From contig OY970280.1 in the NCBI GenBank assembly GCA_963715865.1, positions 288,001 through 352,000 of the forward strand: a DNA stretch of 64,000 nucleotides. Reading direction: 5' to 3'. Shown one piece after another: positions 57,892 to 64,000 of this stretch (the first letter of the stretch is position 1; each line of letters opens with the position of its first letter). Origin of the DNA: Candidatus Bathyarchaeota archaeon (GTDB lineage Archaea; Thermoproteota; Bathyarchaeia; Bathyarchaeales; Bathycorpusculaceae). Under the pieces are notes generated by a model. The model ran no database searches. It saw only the letters and a program-made list of their open reading frames with translations, and was not told where the DNA came from. Position numbers and translations under genes: made by a program.

Positions 57892-59536
57892 TCGTTAACC
57901 CCCTGAAGAATGATGAAATTGGTCCAAGCGCCAAGAACGGGAAGAACGTCAATACTACGAGTATTATTATGCTGCCGACTAGAACTATTGTGAATATTGC
58001 GCTGTCGGTTTTTAGACCTGTGGTGCCGCCTCGTTTTCGCCCAATCATGGAGCCTGACAGTGCAAGCAAGATTGCAATTGGAGCGTAGCGTCCGATTAAG
58101 ATGACGATAGCGGTAGCTATGTTAAAGAACGGGGTGTTTCCTGAGGCGCCTAAGAAATCGGAACCGTTGTTCGCCGCCGCTGTCGTGAATTCGTACAGGA
58201 TTTGCGTGTAACCAACAGAGTTTCCACCGACCCCAATGGCTGCCACCGCGCCCGAAGCATACGCAATTACTGTAGGTATTAGTATTATGATGGGATGGAT
58301 TAGGAAAGTCACCATGACAAGCTTTACGTCACGGCCAGTAATCTTAATGCCCAAGTATTCAGGAGTCCTTCCAGACATTAGCCCGACGATGAAGACGGTG
58401 ATTATTATGTACATTACCATGTACATCAATCCCACCCCTTTTCCGCCTGGAATCGACTGAATGAACATTCCTAAGAAACCAGAAGTTATAACCAGAGGAT
58501 GCATGCCTGAGAGCGCGGAGTTGACGGACCCAGTTGTGGCAACGGTCGTTACAACGGTCCAGAAATTTGACATGAAGCCCCCGAACCTTGTTTCTATCCC
58601 TGTAGCGACCAGGGGGATATTGGGAATAAACGCTATAACTAAATTTATCCCGAAGAGAATGTAAGCGCCCCACAATAGGGGTCGAGCCTCCTTCTTTTTA
58701 CCCAACAATTCTCCGAATACGAAGATGAGTGCTGTGGGAAGTAGAAGCATCAAGGATATCATAAATATGTTCGAGTAAGGCGACGGGTTCATAAACGGGT
58801 AAGCGGCGTTGGCGCCATAGAATCCTCCGCCGTTCGTGCCCAACTGCATTATTGAATCGAGAGAAGCAACTGGCCCGACGAGGATTGATTGTGTTGTACC
58901 TTGCAACGTCGTTACTGCGGTGGAAGCGTTAAGAGTCTGTGGGATACCCATAACGACGAAGACTACCGAGGCTATGAGGCACAGTGGCAACAGTATTCTG
59001 GTTATGGTTCTGACGAAGTCTACGTGGAAGTTTCCCAAGTTTTTGGAGCCGACAATGAATCCGCGTATAAATGCTATACCCATGCATATTCCGGTTGCTG
59101 CTGAGATCCATTGTAGGAATTGGATGGCGGTCATCTGGCTAAATATGGATAGTGTTATCTCTCCGTTGTAGTGTTGAAGATTTGTGTTTGTTGCAAACGA
59201 GATTACGGTGTGGAAGGCTAGGTCCCAACTTAGACCTGGGAAGCCTAGAGGGTTAAGCGGCAATTTATCTTGAAAGACCAGTATTAGAAAAGCGATAACC
59301 ATCTGAGCAACGTTAAGCAGTAAGCCAGCAAGAAAATACTGTTTCCAACCCATCGAATGCTCTGGATCTATGCCGCATATTTTGTAAATGAAGTTCTCGA
59401 CTGGATTTAGTATTTTATCTAGGCGGCTTGGTTTTCGTTTAAAGACTCCGGCGATGTATGGCGCTATGAGCTTCGCTATGAGTATGGTTACTCCAAGTAT
59501 AAGGATGACTGATAACGCCTGAACTGCATCGATCAA
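57881..59536 (-). CDS. kdpA: K+-transporting ATPase subunit A
   Basis: SFATNTNLQHY, LGTNGGG, TTGSVN, GLMSGRTPEYLG and AANNGS filter motifs. Confidence 0.95.
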   Translation of the reverse strand: MIDAVQALSVILILGVTILIAKLIAPYIAGVFKRKPSRLDKILNPVENFIYKICGIDPEHSMGWKQYFLAGLLLNVAQMVIAFLILVFQDKLPLNPLGFPGLSWDLAFHTVISFATNTNLQHYNGEITLSIFSQMTAIQFLQWISAATGICMGIAFIRGFIVGSKNLGNFHVDFVRTITRILLPLCLIASVVFVVMGIPQTLNASTAVTTLQGTTQSILVGPVASLDSIMQLGTNGGGFYGANAAYPFMNPSPYSNIFMISLMLLLPTALIFVFGELLGKKKEARPLLWGAYILFGINLVIAFIPNIPLVATGIETRFGGFMSNFWTVVTTVATTGSVNSALSGMHPLVITSGFLGMFIQSIPGGKGVGLMYMVMYIIITVFIVGLMSGRTPEYLGIKITGRDVKLVMVTFLIHPIIILIPTVIAYASGAVAAIGVGGNSVGYTQILYEFTTAAANNGSDFLGASGNTPFFNIATAIVILIGRYAPIAILLALSGSMIGRKRGGTTGLKTDSAIFTIVLVGSIIILVVLTFFPFLALGPISSFFRGLTNGF

Positions 59537-59592
59537 CTATTCCGAAACTCCAAAGAACATTTGTGCTCACTATGGCTCCTTTCCACTCCCAA

Positions 59593-59880
59593 CTAAGATG
59601 TTGATATGATGACAGTTTTTTCTTGGCACCTAGGTCCTTTATGCGGCTGCAATATAATAGTGCTTATGGTGCTTTTTACGCCTTTAATTTTCATGATTTT
59701 CTTCTGTAAAATATCTCGAAATTCTTCGAGGGTGGAAGTGGCGACTAAGGTAACGATGTCATATTCGCCTGCTACTTCGTAGACTTCTTCAATGTTATCA
59801 AGCTTTGATAGAGCCATCACTACGTTATCAATTTGCGATGATTCGACGAAGATATTGACTGACGCTAAAAACCGACGCAT
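59593..59880 (-). CDS. Stand-alone Lrp/AsnC ligand-binding domain (immediately upstream of kdpA)
   Basis: EEVYEVAGEYDIV...FRDILQKKIMKIKGVKSTISTI. Close paralog of 54745..55039. Confidence 0.85.
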   Translation of the reverse strand: MRRFLASVNIFVESSQIDNVVMALSKLDNIEEVYEVAGEYDIVTLVATSTLEEFRDILQKKIMKIKGVKSTISTIILQPHKGPRCQEKTVIISTS

Positions 59881-59881
59881 G

Positions 59882-59992
59882 TTATTCCTCCTTTACACTA
59901 AGTGTGAACATGAAATTTGATGGCTGGCAAATAACATATGCAAAGCCTGCCAACGAAATAGAATACGTGTGAATGCTTTTCACGTTGAACAT
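59882..59992 (-). CDS. Possible 36-aa hydrophobic peptide upstream of the kdp operon
   Basis: MFNVKSIHTYSISLAGFAYVICQ...KEE. The stop is 1 nt before the Lrp ATG, and 8 of the first 22 residues match the 54100..54198 peptide. Confidence 0.3.
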   Translation of the reverse strand: MFNVKSIHTYSISLAGFAYVICQPSNFMFTLSVKEE

Positions 59993-60177
59993 AACTATCA
60001 GCGATTCCAAAAGTTTGGGCTATTTATGGAACCCCTTCCGGTTCCCTTCTGAAGCCGTTAAAGTGGAAGGCCAAATCGTAGATACCTCTATATTTGGTGT
60101 AAACTGCGGAAAGTCATTTTCAAGATGTTGCATTTATAGGCCTCCATTTGACTTCGGTTAGTCATGCTGCTGCTGTT

Positions 60178-60211
60178 ATATAAGGTTGGTTGTGATTTGT
60201 TCATAATTTTT
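60178..60211 (-). promoter_or_regulatory. Operator-like motif plus TATA box, copy 2 (upstream of the Lrp-kdpABC unit)
   Basis: Identical 22-mer at 60190..60211, with the same 19-bp spacing to ATATAA. Confidence 0.65.
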
Positions 60212-60292
60212 GGTAGAAAATGAACTAATTTTGAGTTTAAATTAGAAAAATTAGAAATATGGTTTGTCGTCAAAGTTATCCCTTACCTCAAA

Positions 60293-61831
60293 CTAACTCC
60301 CAATTATGCTATATTTTACGTTCTTGTCTTCTTCTGATTCTCGTCCTGGGAAGGGAAAGATGTTTGACGATGTGCTTCTTGAGTTTACGGCAAAGTATGC
60401 AAGTCCTATAGCCATCCATATGGCGGTGATTGCTATTGCGACGAATGCGGCCCACTGAGTATCGCCTCCACCTATCATACCAAGCCATACGACTGCTCCC
60501 ATCATGATCATGTTGGCCGCAAAACCTGCGATTGGAATTATGTATTTAGTTAGGATCGACCGGCGTTCTCTCGACAGGGCAACAAGTGCTATTAAACAAG
60601 TGACGCCGTAGAGTAGGAATGTTCCAAAGTTCGACAGGAGCATGACAGCGGTCAAGTTTCTAAGAGACAGCACTCCGAACGCACCTATTAGTGCTGAGAC
60701 TAAGGTTAGTACCCATGTGCCAACTGCTGGTGTACCGTATCTTGGGTTTAACTTGCCCAGTGGCTGTGGGATTTCTGTATCGCGGCTGATAGCATAGGTT
60801 ACTCTTACACCAGTGTTGAGGCATGCGAGGGTTGTGCCTAAGACTGCTGCGGCAACTGCTGCGGCGACAATTAGCATTATTACGAAGCCACCGCCTCCGA
60901 ACAAGGCGTTAGTTGAGATGCGCACTATATCGCCCAATGGCCCAGGTGAAGCCGCAGCAGAAGCGAATGTGTATTTGGAGTTAATCCAAGCCTGTATTCC
61001 GAAGAACCCAAGCAAGTAAGCGAATGCACCCTGAATCAAAAGTGAGAGGACGACTGCACGAGGGACATCTTTGGGGTTCTTTGCTTCAGACGTCAGCGCG
61101 GTTATTGATTCGAAGCCGACGAGGACGAGTATGGCGAGGCTTGCTTGGAACAACACGTGACTCATGTCGGAAGGCATAACCACGCTTGCCGGGTTTGAAT
61201 AGTAGAACGTAACGTGGTCAGGGTTTATGAAGCGGTAAGCAAGCGCCAAAACCGTTACGCCTACGAGCATTGCAAGCTGCACAATGTTAATGATGAGGTT
61301 TGTTCGCGTTGACCCTTGAATACCTCTGTACGCTATGAAACCAACAACTACCGCGAAAACTACCACAATAGCAATTTGCTCCAACACAGTTATGGGAAAG
61401 CCTACGGTTTGCAGAATGTAAGTCATGAAGAAGCCCATGAACGCAACCATTACTCCAGGGTAAACCCAATAGTATAGGTGTGAAAGCCAGCCTACTATGA
61501 ATTTGGCGTTGCGGGCCCTGCGGTTGCTGCTACCTCTGTCTAGGAGCGCGCGCTGAGCAAAATAGTACGAGCTGCCAGTGCCTGCATCAGGGTAGCGGCG
61601 TGCTAGCCAGGCGTATGAAGCGGCGGTTAAGAATGACAGCACCAGTGCTATGAAGAGACCGAACCAAATGTCTGGGGCAGTTGAAACTCCAGAAGGATCA
61701 ACCTGGGCTGCTTGCGCTTGGTAGTTAAGCCAAAGAAAAGCCCCCGGCGCTATTAACGCCATAGCGTTGATGGTTAGCCCCATGAGACTTAACGTTTTTT
61801 TCATCTGAGGTGCGTTTTGATCACTAGCCAC
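60293..61831 (-). CDS. APC-family amino acid/polyamine permease
   Basis: LIAPGAF TM1, GSSYYFA, VGFESIT..TSE.KNP and YGTP. About 12 TMs. Confidence 0.88.
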   Translation of the reverse strand: MASDQNAPQMKKTLSLMGLTINAMALIAPGAFLWLNYQAQAAQVDPSGVSTAPDIWFGLFIALVLSFLTAASYAWLARRYPDAGTGSSYYFAQRALLDRGSSNRRARNAKFIVGWLSHLYYWVYPGVMVAFMGFFMTYILQTVGFPITVLEQIAIVVVFAVVVGFIAYRGIQGSTRTNLIINIVQLAMLVGVTVLALAYRFINPDHVTFYYSNPASVVMPSDMSHVLFQASLAILVLVGFESITALTSEAKNPKDVPRAVVLSLLIQGAFAYLLGFFGIQAWINSKYTFASAAASPGPLGDIVRISTNALFGGGGFVIMLIVAAAVAAAVLGTTLACLNTGVRVTYAISRDTEIPQPLGKLNPRYGTPAVGTWVLTLVSALIGAFGVLSLRNLTAVMLLSNFGTFLLYGVTCLIALVALSRERRSILTKYIIPIAGFAANMIMMGAVVWLGMIGGGDTQWAAFVAIAITAIWMAIGLAYFAVNSRSTSSNIFPFPGRESEEDKNVKYSIIGS

Positions 61832-62001
61832 CTACTTTTCCCCCAAAATTCTCTTTTGAAAGATACTGTGTGGTTGCCCTCGAGCGTCTAGACTGATCCA
61901 TTCTTCAATGTTTCGTGCGAGTTCTTTAGTCGCTAATGTTTGTGAAGCTTTTTTCAATAGTGACACCAATTTTAATTTTACTAATTGATGTGTTCAGTTA
62001 A

Positions 62002-62040
62002 ATATAAATATAGTTAATAATTGTTCATAATTTTTATGAA
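62002..62040 (-). promoter_or_regulatory. Operator-like motif plus TATA box, copy 3 (perfect palindrome), upstream of the APC permease
   Basis: TTCATAA-TTT-TTATGAA at 62024..62040, with ATATAA at 62002 and the same spacing. Confidence 0.7.
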
Positions 62041-62126
62041 AAACTGAAATGATTTGCAGTAAAAATCTTTTATGGTAGACATATAAAAAAAAGGCCGCCT
62101 GAAACCGAATTCAAAGGTATTCAAAA

Positions 62127-62633
62127 TCAAATTATCTTACTGTATTCTTTTACAGCGTTAAGAGCAATCAGCGTAGTGGTCCTCTTGATGAAGCGCTCAG
62201 TCAGCAGTTTTTTCAAAAAACCATTAAGGCTAGCGTTGTCTCGAAACTTGGCAAAGACGACTGCATCATATTCTCCGGTTATGTCATAGACGGATAGGAC
62301 GTTGCTTTCTTTGGCGATTTCGTTTTCCACCTCAACAATATGCTCCCCTTCAATCTGAATCATGATGATGGCAGTCAAAGCATATCCCATTTTTGCTGAA
62401 TCAATAACGGGCGCGTATCCTAGAATTATGCCTTCATGCTCGAGACTGTCAAGGCGATTATGTACAATATTTGGGGTTAACCCAATTCTGTGGGCTAGTT
62501 TGCGCAAGCTTACGCGTGAATCTTCTTCCAATGCCCGGATGATTTGCAGATCAACAGCATCTAATTTGTTCTCTGGGCTTTTTCTCAGTTTAAGCCCACC
62601 CCAAAGGTAGCTTGACGTTTGTTTAGAAAACAA
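62127..62633 (-). CDS. Lrp/AsnC-family transcriptional regulator (full length)
   Basis: LDAVDLQIIRALEEDSRVSLRKLA HTH, G.I.GY and YDITGEYD. Confidence 0.92.
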   Translation of the reverse strand: MFSKQTSSYLWGGLKLRKSPENKLDAVDLQIIRALEEDSRVSLRKLAHRIGLTPNIVHNRLDSLEHEGIILGYAPVIDSAKMGYALTAIIMIQIEGEHIVEVENEIAKESNVLSVYDITGEYDAVVFAKFRDNASLNGFLKKLLTERFIKRTTTLIALNAVKEYSKII

Positions 62634-63011
62634 CAGTCTATATAAACATACCTACATAAAAGCAGCAATATTCTAAACAATGGTTGAGAATTATGCTCGT
62701 TTATATAGACAATCGATGCAAAAGAAAGCACGAAAAAGCATGCGTTTTGAGACGACAATGAGACTCCTAAGAAGGAGATGAGCCATATGTGGCAACGTGG
62801 ATAGCTTCAACGTAAATTAAGATGGGAAGTCTGTGATTTTGCGTTTCGGCGCGAATGCCTTAACTTTCTTCACACGCTCTTTTAGCTTAAGGAAATTAAT
62901 CGATTTTTCAAAGCGTGGAGGTTCAAGATTAATTGGTTTGGTTTTAAAAAAGGGGTTTTTCCAAAAAGTCCTGTAGATGCTTTTTGGTTTAACCTATTTA
63001 GTGTGGTTTTG

Positions 63012-63479
63012 CTAGTTTAGTGGTTTGCCGCAGTTGGGGCAGAACTTGACGTTTTCGTTTACTACTCTTCCGCATTGAGGGCATATTCGTGTAATTGGTT
63101 GTTGTGGTCCATATGCTTGTGGTGGTGGCTGTTGTGGAGCTCCAGCGATTACAGGTTTGTAGACTAATGCTAGTATGCCGCCGATGAAATCCAGTATTGA
63201 CCAAGCACCAATTATTGAGAATACCAGAATGATGGCACCCCACTTTGAATGTTCTAGTGGTTCTGATTTTAGTTTTGAAGCTGCAACAATCACGATTATA
63301 GAGCAGATCGTAATCCACAATCCGAGACCGCCAACCACCGCAAAGCCAAGTCCAAAAGTGATAACTCCCACAACTGCCCCTACGCCAATTAAAAACAAGC
63401 CACCGAGTAAAGCAAAGATTCCGCCAAGCAATGAAAGGATATAAGCTGCTGTTGGTTTATTTTCAACTTGATTGGTCAT
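63012..63479 (-). CDS. Small membrane protein with C-terminal zinc ribbon
   Basis: Paralog of 7196..7669; CPQC...CPNC. Confidence 0.75.
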   Translation of the reverse strand: MTNQVENKPTAAYILSLLGGIFALLGGLFLIGVGAVVGVITFGLGFAVVGGLGLWITICSIIVIVAASKLKSEPLEHSKWGAIILVFSIIGAWSILDFIGGILALVYKPVIAGAPQQPPPQAYGPQQPITRICPQCGRVVNENVKFCPNCGKPLN

Positions 63480-63721
63480 TCTCTCTCTCCTGAAAGCATT
63501 TCAACATCTCTACTTTTACATATAAAAGATTTATGGACTTATCGACTTTGGTACAAAAAACTTCTTTACATTCGTCATACAAAGAAATTTTCAGCATCCA
63601 ATACACTGTGTCCTTAATCATGAGTTGCACAAAAACTAATCCAATTCAATGATTTCCACCTTGAGTCTCACCCAAAAACCATCCCCAAATCTGAGAGGCG
63701 TAGCCCCTGCGAACTCCGCCA

Positions 63722-63968
63722 GCTAAGCCCTTCATGCGCATAACGATGAAAGTTCTGAAAAGTTCTAAAGGGTTTCTGGGCTGTCTGCCAGGTCCAACCG
63801 TGTGGACGCAGCTTTGTAACGCTGCTTAAGCAAAACTTAGGTCTATGTTTCTGAAGAGGGTTTCTAGGGTCTCGTGTTCATCTTGTCCCGCTAGGACTCA
63901 ACTCCTAAGCTTGGAAGTACTCATTTGATACGAGATCCCAACTAGACTAATTAATTTAGGGACAAGCC
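63722..63968 (-). mobile_element. IS left end with degraded transposase N-terminus
   Basis: GGCTTGTCCCT end, ATG at 63924, then MSTSKLRS*VLAGQDEHETLETLFRNIDLSFA*...GPGRQPRNPLELFRTFIV with two in-frame stops. Confidence 0.6.
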
Positions 63969-64000
63969 AGCGCGCACATTCAAAACCAACGTTAGTAGCA

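Noticed and set aside
59534-59560. In-frame MFFGVSE-TAG just before kdpA, as amber readthrough or kdpF
   Set aside because: Too short and not hydrophobic, with no pyrrolysine genes in the window. The TTG start gives a plausible KdpA.
59993-60160. Structured leader before the kdp unit as a c-di-AMP (ydaO) riboswitch
   Set aside because: Short hairpins exist (GGAACC/GGTTCC), but the ydaO-like words are in the wrong order. It cannot be supported without an Infernal search.

Overview
Archaeal chromosomal window. Candidatus Bathyarchaeia is likely, but this is an inference from the BHB-type tRNA intron, the PEF-CTERM anchor, GGAGGTG ribosome-binding sites, multi-PAS kinases and zinc-ribbon membrane proteins. 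From left to right: (i) two tandem MgtA-type P-type ATPases, the second with an extra winged-helix-like C-terminal domain, then small redox genes; (ii) a DUF362 / PaaK-like ligase / aldehyde:ferredoxin oxidoreductase operon, two GNAT-SCP2 genes and a surface-glycosylation cluster; (iii) a decayed integration hotspot at about 18.9-26.2 kb beside tRNA-Pro(GGG), with two different integrase remnants, duplicated RHH genes, and TreY, methyltransferase and IS fragments; (iv) an MshEN-like GT2, a two-component system, a radical SAM/SPASM enzyme, isoprenoid genes, threonine aldolase and an Opp/Dpp ABC system; (v) tRNA-Leu(CAG) with a non-canonical 29/30 intron, followed by a 2-kb islet (LAGLIDADG-like/HTH gene plus SIR2-like gene) that ends in a copy of the tRNA 5' half matching the spliced, intron-less junction, which is the most striking feature; (vi) tRNA-His; and (vii) a kdpABC operon with no kdpDE, embedded among three stand-alone Lrp ligand-binding domains, a full-length Lrp and an APC permease, where three minus-strand promoters share a fixed-spacing operator-like motif. 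No CRISPR array or rRNA gene was seen. All product calls come from motif recognition by eye; no database searches were run.
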